Source: Balanoglossus misakiensis (taxonomy: Eukaryota > Animalia > Hemichordata). From it: a stretch of 64,000 bases of DNA. The translations under genes were made by a program, and so were the position numbers. Position 1 is the first letter of the stretch. Every line of letters begins with the position of its first letter. The DNA is taken from contig CM082594.2 of NCBI GenBank assembly GCA_040954595.2, positions 7,259,473 to 7,323,472 of the forward strand, in the 5' to 3' direction. This document shows positions 1 through 21,952 of the stretch, piece by piece. The notes under the pieces were generated by a model, which was not told the origin of the DNA, did not search any database, and saw only the letters and a list, made by a program, of their open reading frames with translations.

Positions 1-4372
<4,372 letters not shown>

Positions 4373-4453
4373 GTCGCCAAAACTGATTGCAGAGTTTCAG
4401 GAGAACAGTGTCAATAGCAGAAGCCTCTCAATGTTTTTGTTCCTGTCATGCAG

Positions 4454-4468
4454 TTTTCCCGCCACGTG
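4454..4468. promoter_or_regulatory. E2F-like site (TTTTCCCGCC) overlapping an E-box (CACGTG) upstream of MCM6
   Basis: gttttcccgccacgtg about 80 bp upstream of the MCM6 ATG; MCM genes are established E2F targets. Confidence 0.6.
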
Positions 4469-4754
4469 AGTCACATGACATTTCGCTGTTCCATGTAATA
4501 CTTAAATGTTACTCCCCCTGAAATGTAACAAGTTTGTCTCATGTGTCTAGTCCAGATGATCAAAGGAAACGTAGCGCGGCGATTGAAGATATGTCTACGA
4601 TGTCTATTTTTCACATAAGGGGTATCTTTTTCAGTGTTAACCGATTTTCAAAGTTCTCCCAGTCTATGACCTCAACTTGCGGTCATGTGTTATCCGACGC
4701 GCGCGCGCGCTGCGACGCTCCAAATTTGCTGAAGCGCCCGCACACAACTGAATC

Positions 4755-4841
4755 TCATTTCATTCATTCGTTCGTTCATATCCACCCACCCACCATATCC
4801 ATCCACCCATCATTCATTCATTCATTCTTTCGTTCATTCAT
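4755..4841. repeat. Degenerate (TTCA)n/(ATCC)n microsatellite
   Basis: tcatttcattcattcgttcgttcat...catccatccacccatcattcattcattcattc. Confidence 0.7.
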
Positions 4842-5336
4842 ATTACGTAGATGAGAAAATTTAAACCTTTTTATATAGAACCTTTATTGCTACAAAATGA
4901 AACAACCCATTCCCACACACTTTCCGGCTGGACTCTATGGTGTCTGATTTTTAATGTCGACTGTGATTGTAACCACTACAATACAAAATGGTGCCGATAA
5001 TGCCAAGTTTCCTTGTGCCCGTTCCTTCCTCGTGTCATGAATCATGACATGATGTCGACGCGACGATTACTCATAGCCCGTTTAACCTTGACCGTGCGCA
5101 GTGAATGAATGGCCACCTCGCGTACTGAAACTCGGCTCAGGTCAGTGAGGACAAGGTCAGGCTGACACCTATCTCTAGGATACCGGCATTTTCAACCTAT
5201 TTATCACCGTTTTCATAATTTCGTTTCAACAAATACCACAAGTGGGTGCAAAGATTGGATTTTCTTTGTCTCAAAATCAAAAACGAAAGTGGAGATCTTG
5301 ATTACTGGAAATGATAGTACCATTTCCATGTATGAC

Positions 5337-5470
5337 TGTTCTAGTGTATTCTAGTATTTGCTGCTGCTAGGTTTCACAATAAATGCTCTGATTGGTGACC
5401 AAAAGTCACGTGAACAGTGTTCCAGAAAGTTCTATCGCGTGTGACTACTTCGAATCAGCTTTGTGATTGG
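5337..5470 (+). promoter_or_regulatory. HSC70 promoter with heat-shock element and CCAAT boxes
   Basis: Perfect three-unit HSE TTCcaGAAagTTC at 5420-5432; weaker TTCtag units at 5339-5355; ATTGG at 5391 and 5466; GTCACGTGA at 5405. Confidence 0.75.
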
Positions 5471-5569
5471 ATGATGGGCTGTGACGCCACAGACTTACCG
5501 GTTCATCTAAGGAGAGGTCGCATGAGGACACGGCAGTGGAATTTTTGAACATACAGGGACAAAAATTAG

Positions 5570-5626
5570 GACATTTCCCCCAGCTTTCTGCAGTTTTGTT
5601 GATCTTTCTTATTCCTTCATATAAAG
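5570..5626 (+). other. Probable non-coding first exon of HSC70 (5' boundary approximate), followed by a 5'UTR intron 5627-7073
   Basis: Pyrimidine-rich stretch ending AAAG|gtgagt at 5626; acceptor tttcag|ACTAGACATG just before the ATG at 7081. Confidence 0.6.
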
Positions 5627-7080
5627 GTGAGTTTGTAAGATTTCATTTTTGTTCAAAATCACAGAATTAGGTGGACGATTGTTTTAAAAATATGATCTTT
5701 TATGATCTTCAACAACTCAACTTGAATACTGCATTATGTTCATGCTGTACACGTGTGCGTCATTTCCCCTGAGCTGCGCCCGGCAAGGCAGAGGGAAATT
5801 ACACATTTTTTCTTCTAAGAAATGTAACTGATTGAATACTTTCAATTGAAAGATAAAATGAACGCACTTCTATAATTGCGATCCTCGATGTAAATGAAAA
5901 AGAAATATATCTGTGTGTGATATAATAACGAAACTCCTGAACAGTATTTTAAAAGGACCTCGTGCGCGCGTGCTCTTGATGCGACATGCCGGGTCTTTGT
6001 TGGCCCCGGGTGGTCTTGGACTGAGTCAGAACACAAATTCGTGAGTGAGAAATATGTTGTTGTATGAGGACTTTCTGATGTCAGCCATCGTTGCGAAATC
6101 AATCATCGTGGCTCTCTTTTGCCGGTTTGTTGTCGATTACATGTACAGTTGTGACGAACCTTTCCACTTCCAGTTTCCCAGTGACAAAAAAGCCTGAAAT
6201 TAATCAACGGGTCGATAAGGATCGCGGGAGCGGCACCCACCCCCGCCCGTACCAGCCTAGTATTAGTAGTAAAAAAGCGGCGTGTCTACTAGAACAGGAA
6301 GACCAATTGATAATTCAAATTCTCCCCTTGCCTTTTTGTCCCTTTTTCTCGGGCATTGGTCACTCTTTGAAGTATTAAAGGGGGAACCGCGTATGATTGG
6401 TGTATCACATCGGAAGGCACAGTTTCAGTTACAGCAATGTGCACAATTTGTGACAAAAATGAAATCACGATTTTTTGAAATAAGTAATCGTTTGTTTAAT
6501 CAAATGCACGTGGTCAACCAAAGCTGGAAACGAAACGATAAGTCTGGTGCATGTCAGGACATACAATGCCGGTACATGCAAATTTACAGTCAAAGGTCAC
6601 TTCAGTGGTCTTATCATGCAAATTTCTATTGTGTTAAAGTTTTAAACTTTTTGTACTCTCGTCCAATTGTTTTCTCCCTGGCCACTGGTCAGCAGTCTCC
6701 ACTCTCGATTGTAAAATGCTTACAGTTCATCTGGTCAGGTCAGATGATGAGAAATTATAGTAGACAAAAGACCACCAGATTACAAGAGCATGTTTTACCC
6801 AGTCGTTCGATATGGCTATGGCATCACAAGAAGCCACTGTTTCTCCATAAATCAAGATTTGCTTAATTAGACTCGGGTCACATACCAATGCTTGCGGTAC
6901 ATTTCAGATAGAGTCTCATGACCCACATACAGGTGCAGTGATAAAGAATTATATATCACACCAGGGTAATGTAAAAAAAAAATGACACATACCACTGTTA
7001 CTTGGGAAAGGGGGAAGAGACAAAAATATAGATCAAGTTTCATGTTGGCAGTACATTTGTCGTTATATTTCAGACTAGAC

Positions 7081-11483
<4,403 letters not shown>

Positions 11484-12985
11484 AAATCTCCCACCCCTTT
11501 CCTATATATTACGCCCCAAACCTTAACCTCGATTATCTATACCACCTCCTGTCAGACACAAGGCTTAGAGTTATCCTAGAACTTCACCCAAATAAAAGCT
11601 GGGAAGTAGAAATAAGCAGCTCATCTATGGCGGCATGCATGCTCCACAGTTTGACGATTATCTCAAATCACAATCAGAAAATTTCTTGCAAATTTCAACA
11701 GCTGTAAATGTGCCTGATGAAGTGTTGCAGTACTTTCGACGTCAAAACAAAACAACATTTGACCAACCTATACGCTGTACAACAGGAAGTGTTAATTATG
11801 ACAGTGAAATATTTTTTTTTTCTGTCATGTACCGGTAACTCCTGTTTTTTTATTCTCTGCTTAAACTGACTGGAATCCAGTATGCATTGCACAGCACTCT
11901 GTGAAAGTTGGTACATTGCATTTAACATTTCTTGTTCATCCGCTATTTAATTTTAATGTTCCAGAACATTGATCTGTGATAGATCATTGCGTTCAAGTTC
12001 TTTTTACATGGTAACCCGTGCATCAAAAATTCCTCGTTTATGAATGTGACTTTGGAGTATAATACAATGTATGTGGTTTGGTTTCACTGACAGTGATCCG
12101 TCGAGATGTGCTCCTAAATACACCTGTTGTTAATTCTTTCACTTGTTTCTTTGACGTTTGTAAAAAGTTGCGTCTCATGCCTACTAAATGAACGCAGGAT
12201 ATACTTGTCTGTGTGTCTTCTAACATGGCAAGCCAGCAAATATAGCCATGGTTGTTTATTAAGTCATTTATATAAAGGAGTAAAAAAATAGCAAAATGCA
12301 GCTGTCATTGCTGAAAAGTAATAAAACATTTTTTGTTGTTGAATTGATTGTGTCCGAGTCGTGCTTTCCATGCAGATTTTAGCGTTTCTATGTCTCAGAA
12401 TGTCACCAGTGAGAACTTGTCAAGAATGCACAGTGTTAATGCTGGACAGAATTAAACCTCATAAAAGTGTAGGGATCAATTTGCCCTTTCCCCCACTTGT
12501 CACATCAATGAGATCACAAGTCGGATAAATTTGAAGATGAGAGCTGGTCTGTGTCTGTGAGATGTGAAGAACAATCTATAATTCAGGTTGGGGGCGCTCT
12601 TCAAATATAAAAAAGTAACTGATATCAGAATCAGAGTTCAACTTCACCGTCTGAGTAATCAACCAATATTATTAATGTATATCTGAACTTCAAATATATA
12701 AAGCCAGTGACTGTATTAAAAGGGGCGTGTCAAATGTTTGAGTGAATGACGCGGTCGAGGTCGACCACACACACGTGCTCATTTACCGGTGACCGGCTTC
12801 TGGTTCACTTTCCCTGTGTGCATGCGCACTGGCCCCATAGCAATTTTAGCTCCATGGCATTCTAATTCCGCTCTTTACGTAACCACTTTCACGTGTTCAG
12901 CAAAAACCCATGCCACAACACAGGTCAGCTCCGGATAGGTGACGCCCGATTTGCTGCCAGCAACAAGCCAAAACACACCGGAGAC

Positions 12986-15900
12986 ATGGCCACCACGTTC
13001 TCGATCGTCGACTATGTTATCTTCTCGCTCGTGTTGGTGTTTTCGGCGGCCATTGGCCTCTTCCACGCTTTCACTGGAGGTCACCAGAAAACCACCAAAG
13101 AGTTTCTTCTCGCCGACAGGAAAATGCGATTCGTTCCCGTTGGGTTATCTTTGCTAGCCAGCTTCATGTCCGCCATCGCTTTGCTGGGAACCTCCGCCGA
13201 GATCTACAACTTCGGCACGATGTTCTGGATGATCGGGGTGTCGTATTTCATCATGACCCCGATCGCTGCACATCTATTTTTGCCGGTGTTTTACCGACTC
13301 GGTGTTACAAGCGTGTATGAGGTGAGGTTCTTGCCACAATATTTACATTTGACCTTCGCTAACTGGAGATATAGACAGTAGTAACACACGCGGGATAGCA
13401 TAAAGTTGGCGGTAGTGATAAACATCATTTTCATTGACTTGGGATGACAGGATCTGGTTCCCTTAGTGGACACGACTATACTCCACGGGCGATAATATGG
13501 TTTTTTAGGGTTAGGGTTAGGAGGGTTAGGGTTAGGGTTAAATTCACCCTCACATTGCCACCCCTAACCCTCCTAACCCTAACCCTAACCACGGTTACTA
13601 GTAACCGTGCCCTAACTCACCCTCATTGCCATGGTATCGTTGCCATGGGGTATAGTCGTGTCCACTAAGAGAACCAGATCCGGATGACATGCATGGATTA
13701 TGGAATGTTTCCGGTGCAGGTGCAGTAGACGGTATGCGGTACTGGCGTCCACGTCCGCCACTACTAGTCATTGGTACTTTGTGTATAAAGATTTACCAAA
13801 CGTAAATGTTCACACGTGCTGTTATGTTTTTAACGGTATCTATCACTGATCATCTCGTTAGGTCATGTTTACACATTTGTTGAGAACCTTGGATTGTTGA
13901 CTGAAACTTACTGGCTGTATGAACACTGACGTATGACAGTGACTGTGCAGTGTGTATGATATTGGACAAGCACGATGGAAATGTGGGCGTATCATATTAA
14001 GCATGGCAAAAATGAAAAACCAAGAAAAATGTCCATTTCACCCCTTCACCATTACCATGGTTGATTACAATATTTGTCAAAGAAAGTGATCCACCCTCAA
14101 ACTTTAATATCTTTATAAATATTTAGTTTAATCCCTTCTCTTCTTGTTTAGTATCTACAACTGAGATTCTCGTTGGCAGCAAGGCTTATAGGATGTTTGG
14201 CGTACATTGCTTACATGGTGAGTATCACATTGGTTTTGGAATTGTCCCATAAACAGAGCCAATCTGGTTGGGAATGGTGGTAGTAATTTATTTATTGGGG
14301 AAAAGTAAATTGACATTGGTTTTGGAATTGTCCCATAAACAGAGCCAATCTGGTTGGGAATGGTGGTAGTAATTTATTTATTGGGGAAAAGTAAATTGAA
14401 TGTGAAAAATATAGGACACAAAGTCTGTAAGGCGCCAGAACTTGAAAAGATGTTTTTCAGTTATGACATGCATACATTTTTTTTTTATATTTGTGGCGAT
14501 AACAGTTGCCAGAATTTGAAAAAAGGCTGCAACTGATCAATAAATTATGATAAACTATTGACTGAATAAACAGATATGTGTGACCCAGACCTGTACCTAT
14601 AAGATTGACCTGGAAAAGCAGGTCTACAGTGTACTTGGTGAGCGTTTTTATTCCAACTTGAATGATGGGTAATAATGGTATATTATCACATGATCACATG
14701 ACCCCATGGTCACTGGAAGAAGTGACCATGGCAACATGAATTCCCAGAGTTAGCCATGTACTTCTTTCAATGTGATCCTCCAAAGACAGCACCAGTTCTC
14801 AATAAAGTCGGTCAAATGGTCAATTGGTTCTAATAACCATGTACAATTTTAATCAGACTTTATTATTTCACCTGTGTGTAGTCACAAAGTTACCACTACA
14901 TTTACATTTACTGTTATTTCTGATTTCTGTTTCATTTTTAGATCATGTACATGGCTGTTGTGATGTATGCACCTGCCCTGGCATTGAATGCTGGTATGTT
15001 GAGTTGTTTGCTAGTGATTTTAGCAGCACATTGTATTTGCTTTATTTGGAAGCACAACATATTTGCCCAGAAATCTTTTCTATTCTTCCATGCTTTTTGA
15101 TAACTGTGAGAACTGATAGTGATGTCACGTTAGTCAAATGAAGACTGTTGCATGATTGATATTAATTATCGATGATGTGTTGCAGTCAGATTGCTATAGC
15201 AAATGTTATCATTGCCATTGAACTGAATAGTAACTATGAGCAGCACTAGACAATAGCAAACATCAATGTCATTAAAATAGACAAATACCATCTTTATCAA
15301 TTATCGCTCAAATGTGCTTTGAATTGATTTCTGTGTTTTGTTTCCTCACCCACACAGTGACTGGTCTGGATATTTGGGTCTCTGTTCTGTCTGTCGGTGT
15401 TATCTGTACATTTTACACGTCTTTGGTAAGTTTCATCCCGGCACCCTCTGGTTGCGTGGATTGCTGTAATAATGTCAAAGAAAAGTTGATGTTTCTGAAC
15501 CTATGTATTCATTGAATATTTTTCAATAAATAAACTGATTTTTTTTGTCTAACTCCTTTTTGTACCCAGGGTGGCATGAAAGCTGTCATCTGGACTGATG
15601 TGTTTCAGACTTGTATCATGTTTGCCGGACTGTTGGCCATCATTATCCATGGGAGCATCAGTATGGGGGGATTCGGCAACATTTGGGAAATCAACAAAGA
15701 TGGCGGCCGAGTGGAATTCTTCAAGTGAGTTGTAATGTTTAGTCTTTAAACCGTATAGCGGGGAGAATATCAAAATGAACATCAATGGAACATCAAAATG
15801 GACAATAAAATGTGTGGAACAGTTTATAACTTTCAAAATGACAAACACCACAAAGATCACAAGATGTTGTACTGTGTTCCTATTTCAGTTTCGATCCAAA

Positions 15901-18900
15901 TCCCACGGTGCGCCACACTTTCTGGTCTCTGAGTATAGGTGGCGCCATCACTTGGCTGGGTAACTATGGCTGCAATCAGCTGGCCATCCAACGTTATCTC
16001 AGCTGTCCAACTGAGAGAGATGCCAAATTGTGAGTATACAGTATGATAGTGAAATTCTTTTGACACAAATGATTTTGCAAATATACATCACGTGAGTGAC
16101 TGACCATGTTTAACTTTGTGTTCTTTGCGACCTTGGCCAGGTTTTGATTGTTTAGGTATAACTGGTGATATTGATGAAGGCCGTCTGCATTCATATGACT
16201 TCCAAATCAGAAGATTTTACACGCTGCATTACACAGCAGAATGCAAAATGCTGGTATCGAGACTAAAAACAAAATTACCACAATGATTTTTTTAACGAAG
16301 TATGCATGAAAGGTATTAATATCTCAATATGTGCTTGCTGTATTACGATAATAGCTACAAACGGCTATCATTTCAGTAAGTTGGAACTACTGGTAAACCA
16401 GTCAGAATGCAAAATGCTGGTATCGAGACTAAGAACAAAATTACCACAATGATTTTTTTTAACGAAGTACGCATGAAAGGTATTAATATCTCAATATGTG
16501 CTTGCTGTATTACGATAATAGCCACAAACGGCTATCATTTCAGTAAGTTGGAACTACTGGTAAACCAGTCAGAAATCAAAAAGAAAAAACTGATGCAATA
16601 CGTTGAATGAAATGATATAAATTCTCAGTTTCTGTTTCTTGCATTTCTCACCCTCTGTACATACAGGGCCTTGTACTTGAACCTGCCTGGCCTGCTAAGC
16701 ATTGTCAGTCTAATTATTCTGTGTGGGATGGTCATCTTTGCTGCCTATGCAGACTGTGATCCCGTCAGATTGGGAATAGTTGGCAGAGCTGACCAGGTGA
16801 GGCAAATGGACATAATTCTGATATATAATGCTTACTTTTTTAAAATCATTACAGATTATACATAACATTGTTGGACCAGGTAATATATGAATGATGTATT
16901 TTGTCTACAGCTGTTGGCTTATTATGTCATTGAAGAGTTTGCTTTCATGCCTGGAGTGGCTGGATTGTTCGTAGCTGCTATTTTCAGTGGATCTCTCAGG
17001 TAAACTGAATTTCTTCAATTTTATGATTTTTGTGTTGTCTGCAATTGCTTGAACCACAGGCAAAAGTTCACCTGCAGGCTTTGCATGGGTATTCATTGCA
17101 ATTCAATTCAACTTCTTTTGTTTTGATTGTTGATGGTATCTATTCATTCATCTGCAGTTTTAAACCAATGTTTTTGTAATGAAACAGTTACATACTGGTA
17201 GTGATACTTTTTTAAGCGGGCTTACATGTATTTGTGTCTTATCAGTACTTTGTCATCAGGATTGAACTGTTTGGCTGCTGTCACCTTGGCGGACATTGTA
17301 CGCCCAGTTGTCAAGAATTTGACTGATCGTCGGGCGGCTGTTGTTGTGAAAATCATTGGTGAGTATAAATATTTGAGAGCTCAGATAAATTTCAAATATC
17401 AAGGAAAGGATTTTAAGGCATTTTAGTAAAGAAAGAAGTGAACAAATACTCAGTAATTTTATCTTTTTGGTTTTACCCCATTTCTAGCATGTTTGTATGG
17501 CATCGTCACAATCGGCATGGCGTTCGCTGCCTCTGGTATGGGACCAATATTACCCCTGGCCATAGGTTTATTGGGTATGATAGGGGGTCCTTTGCTGGGC
17601 CTGTTTACTCTGGGAATTTTCATACCATGGACCAATAACAAGGTGAGTTTCGTAAATTTTGGTTTTTCTCAAAAATAGTACTCGCAGATTCTTTGGTTAG
17701 TGTACCAGCAATCAACTACAGTATAACATTATGTATATCATTACGTGGGCAATGAACAGAATGATGATGTCGGCTTTTGAACGCAATTTTTTTTTTCCAT
17801 TCACAGGGTGCGATCTGTGGTGTGATCTTTGGTTTTGCTTTTGCGTTGTGGATTGGCGTTGGCAAGTACTACTACCCGCCAGCGATAATCCCCCTGCCGA
17901 CGAGCACTGAGGGTTGCCTCCTAGAAACCGATGTCGCCAACGCCACACTCTCTTACTCAGGAATGTCCACGACTGAAATCAGTAATTTTACAACGGCTTC
18001 TGCAAGCGCCGTGGCAACAGCAACAAGGTACAAAATGGAGTCTTTCAATCTTCAACCCTTTCACCCCCTGGTTCCCTTTGTAGTGGTCCAACTTTACCAC
18101 AGGAAACAATAGATTTGGGTCAAACCATGGTCGTGAAAGGGGATAACCGACGATCCTTTCCTTCTCAAAGGGGCGGAGGTGCCATCTTGAATCTTGGTTG
18201 TTGTTTCAAAAATTCTTTGTACTGTTGCAACAACCAAGATTCAAGATGGCACCTCCGACCCTTTGAGTAGGAAAAGATTGTCTGTTGTTTCAAAAATTCT
18301 TTGTACTGTTGCAACAACTTTATCAATTTTCTGGTTTTAATTTTTCAGGCCTGCTTATGCCAATTTTCACAGTATTTCATACCTATGGTACAGTGCCACC
18401 ACCGCTTCCGTTACCATAGTGATTGGTGTTATAGTGAGCGCCATCACAGGTAAGCTATCGAGCGTGTCTTGACATTGCAACGGAATGGAAGTCCTTGCAG
18501 TTCACGGCAGCAAACCATGGTATTGTAAGGGGTAAAAGCATTCCCCAATTTTTTTTTGTCCTGGCTGTGAAGTTCATTTTGTGAACAGGTGTATTTTGAT
18601 TTATGCCCCACAGGGTTTAACCGCCTCGAAGACATGGACCCTCAGCTTCTTTGTCCGGTTTATCAGCAAGGATTTTTCCAAAAGTTCTGCGGAAATCTTG
18701 GCAGTAACCATAAGGTAATTCTTTGCAAAGGGAATGTTGCAATTTGAGTTTTATTATTGGGGTGAACCGGTGTTAGTAATGTATAATTCCATGTTGAAAT
18801 TTGATGCATTCTCTTGGTATGACTTGTTTCAAAACTAAAATTTTTGGTTAGAGTTTAGTAGTAACGGCAAATTTTTAATGAAAATATTTTTTTTGTGCAG

Positions 18901-19063
18901 TCGAGATTTAGTTGTTGATTTTATCTCTCTTTCATTGCAGGAAGACGAGGACTTTGATGAGTATTGTCGGAAAAATCTGAATGGCGATGTGGCCGCCCAG
19001 GAACAATTTCTGCCGCAGAACGGCGTTGCAAAGAAAAAAACATATGGTGAAACTAGGGTCTGA
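12986..19063 (+). CDS. Sodium:solute symporter of the SLC5A6/SLC5A8/SLC5A12 subfamily (multivitamin/monocarboxylate type), about 14 coding exons
   Basis: FSIVDYVIF..IGLFHAFTGGHQKTTKEFLLADRKMRFVPVGLSLLASFMSAIALLGTSAEIY; GGMKAVIWTDVFQ; STLSSGLNCLAAVTLAD; GMIGGPLLGLFTLG; ISYLWYSA; ends YGETRV*. Confidence 0.92.
13450..13681. mobile_element. 232-bp non-autonomous DNA transposon with ~32-bp TIRs, 8-bp TSD and internal telomere-like tracts
   Basis: TIR ggatctggttcccttagtggacacgactatac / gtatagtcgtgtccactaagagaaccagatcc; TSD ggatgaca at 13442-13449 and 13682-13689. Confidence 0.88.
14227..14399 (+). repeat. Tandem duplication of an 86-bp intronic unit (2 copies)
   Basis: acattggttttggaattgtcccataaacagagcc... 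begins at 14227 and again at 14313. Confidence 0.9.
16237..16575 (+). repeat. Tandem duplication of a ~166-bp intronic unit (2 copies, few substitutions)
   Basis: cagaatgcaaaatgctggtatcgagacta... begins at 16237 and again at 16403. Confidence 0.9.
18149..18318. repeat. Long inverted repeat whose loop is duplicated directly downstream
   Basis: Arms ctcaaaggggcggaggtgccatcttgaatcttggttgttg / caacaaccaagattcaagatggcacctccgaccctttgag; loop tgttgtttcaaaaattctttgtactgttgcaacaac repeated at 18284-18318. Confidence 0.85.
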
Positions 19064-20021
19064 CGTCAGTGGACAAAGGGTTGTACATGTATAACTATTC
19101 TGTGAGGACCTTGAGTGAAAAAAAAGACTTCCCCCGTCAAGTCGGTGCTACATTTTGGGGGTTTCACTGAAAGAGTTGACGGACCATGCCCCAAAGCGAG
19201 CACTGTTATCTTCGAACAGAAATCCTCTCGTCTAGAAATGTGTGCAGCTTGACTCACAAAATCGAAAATAGACGAACCCACTTTTGGTGGTGTGGCCTTT
19301 CAGAGTGTAGAATTCTCCAAATAAAGTCTTGAAGAAAAAAATCAATGCAATAATCAAAGCACATATTATGATAAAGTAAATTGAATTATTTTATTGACAT
19401 ATATTTGTGCATTTTAAGACTACAAAGAGTACTATCATGATGAATTTGTGATTAAGAAAATTAAGATTTTAATGGAATACAAATTACGCCAATTAATTTA
19501 ACATCGCATAGATCTTAAGTTCCACAATTTTCTGTTCAGCTGCTCAAATAGATAGGTTTTGAATGGTCTGGTCTCACTCTTACAAACATCACAGTCTATG
19601 TAGTGTCATTGAGTTGCCTATCTCCTAATATTTATTTTGGAAATCAGAAAAAAATGTTTATTTTGCAACAGTTACAGGGTCTGATTATTTGCTACTAACA
19701 ACTCTACTTGGGTTGTTTTAGTTGAGATGTGTTGGTTGTTTTTATCCATATGAATGGATTCTGTTTATTTTTTTATTTGTAAATTTTCTTGGAATGTACA
19801 TTTTGCTCCTATGTTTAATAGGAGTTTTAGTGTGGGATTTTTGTAGGTTGTAAACTACATGGATTTCCCACAGCTGTGTAGAATTTATGTTCTGTACCCT
19901 GTTCTGTTGAATACAGTAGTATTACAGATGATGGAAAGTTTTGTTTTTCGTGGAAGACAGCAAAAATAAACAATGCAGTCAGAACATACAGTTTGTGGAC
20001 GTTGCTTCATCTGTCCGTTAA

Positions 20022-20116
20022 TTACCCTTTTCACCACCATTGCTTGGACCAAATCCATTCTTTTCGATGGGAAAATTGGATTTCTACAGAGTGAAATAGG
20101 GGGTGAAAAGGGTTAA
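20022..20116. mobile_element. Short (~95 bp) TIR element with CCC...GGG ends and TTAA-like flanks; related copies near 18053-18146 and 50576-50627
   Basis: ttacccttttcaccaccat ... gggggtgaaaagggttaa; shared ccatgg..gtgaaaggg motif in the other copies. Confidence 0.55.
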
Positions 20117-20502
20117 AGGCAGTGAAAAGAGTTAGTATTCGTTTGGATGGTAAAATGGCCAGTTTTAAGCTGATCAACATTTGCTCATAAATGTCAATAT
20201 ACCAGTCAATATATCATTTTTATTGGAAACTGAATTCAAGTCCAAACTTGATTTCAGTACTGACACCATTATTCATAATGATTCATATACAGCATAACTT
20301 GGCAACGGGTGAACGAAACAAGACACTGTACTGAAGGTGTGTTATATTAAACAATTTTAAAAAGCGCATGGTCAAAAGTTTTACACCGTGAAAAAGAGTG
20401 ACGGGAACATGCTGCGCACGCACATGAAACGGCACGATTAGTACACCACCTACGACTGGTGTGAGAGAGTTAAAGTTATAACCTTTGACCTCGTCATCCC
20501 AA

Positions 20503-20518
20503 CTCCCGCCAAATTTGA
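20503..20518. promoter_or_regulatory. E2F-like site upstream of dUTPase
   Basis: ctcccgccaaatttga (reverse TTTGGCGGGAG) about 40 bp upstream of the ATG. Confidence 0.6.
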
Positions 20519-20551
20519 CAGTGCATAAACAAGGGTGTACACCGGCTTCCG

Positions 20552-21952
20552 ATGCCAGCTGAAGAGTATCCAGAACCAAAGCGTCAAAAAGTGGAAATGT
20601 CACGAACAAATCCCATCCTGAAGTTTGCCAAGCTAACAGAAAATGCCTTTGCCCCGACGAGAGGATCGAAGCAGGCAGCTGGGTTTGATTTACGAAGGTG
20701 AGTGTGTTCTGTGGTCATGCTCATCTCTATTTTGCCTTGTTTGGGACAGCAAGAAAATTCTGTAATTTGCATGTACCATTGCTTTACCCCCCCCCCCCCC
20801 CCCCGCACGATGTCATTTGTCGTGCTTTCTTCAAGTCTTTCGCTGTGGTGCTGTGTACAACAACTCGAGGCCTCTCCATCCCGGCTTATCAGTTTTCATT
20901 GGCACAACTAAAGCTTGGCCCCTCTTACCGATATTCTCATTTCTTTCAGCGCATATGACTATGTAGTGCCATCCAAAGGCAAAGTCCTAGCCAAGACAGA
21001 TATCCAAATAGCGTTACCAGAAGGTTGCTACGGAAGGGTTGCTCCGAGGTCCGGATTGGCTCACAAACATTTCATTGATGTTGGAGGTCAGAGCCTTTAC
21101 TTTGATTTGATTCGATCAGCACATGTCAATTTCAGAGCAGGAAATGCGACTTTTGTCACTATAAAGTAAACAAATGGGGCCTAATAATAGGTCATGAACA
21201 GAACTAGTGTTGTACATTGAAATGCAGAAAAGCGTAGACCAAAGAATTTGTTAAACTAAACAGCATTTCTTTATTTGTCAACACAGCTGGTGTGATAGAC
21301 CAAGATTACAGAGGAAATGTTGGTGTTATTATGTTCAATTTTGGTGATAAAGAATTTGAAGGTGAGATTATTTTGTAGATACCAAAAAAAATAAAAAAAA
21401 TGAAAATTTGGCCTTTTGGAAGAGCTGATACATATACAATTTGAAAGATTTTGGTCAACTTTGGTGCTAGTAGCAGTGTGGTTCATCTATCCAGAAATCT
21501 TGCACATCTCAGAAAGCACCGTTTTTTTCAATGTTTTTTTTTCAGTGAAGAAAGGTGACAGAATAGCACAGCTTATTTGTGAAAAGATTTACATCCCAGA
21601 GTTGGAAGAACTTGAGGTTAGTTTTCTTTTCTGACTGCAGTTGCGTTGTCTCAACAGACTGGTATACTATAGTGAATTTGTACCAGTGTATGTTTATGAA
21701 AACAGAGTCTATCCATGGACTTGATCTCCACAATCTGCTTTTCAGCTGCAGTGACACAAATTAGAGTCTGAGATGGCAGAGAATGGTTACTTTTTAACAA
21801 CGTGTCGCATGAATCCAACGGTGTGTTGAACACACTGTCAAAGATTGCCAAGATTTGATTTTTATCTATTGACAGTTTGCGATTTGTTTTTGCAGAAATT
21901 GGAAGACACTGAACGAGGAAGTGGTGGTTTTGGTTCCACAGGGAAAAATTAG
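20552..21952 (+). CDS. DUT: dUTPase (trimeric family). Exons 20552-20697, 20950-21086, 21287-21361, 21546-21616, 21896-21952
   Basis: All five motifs: [52 protein letters not shown]. Confidence 0.96.

Noticed and set aside
13505-13590. Telomere-telomere chromosome fusion site
   Set aside because: The tracts are short and enclosed by TIRs and an exact TSD, so they are part of an inserted element.
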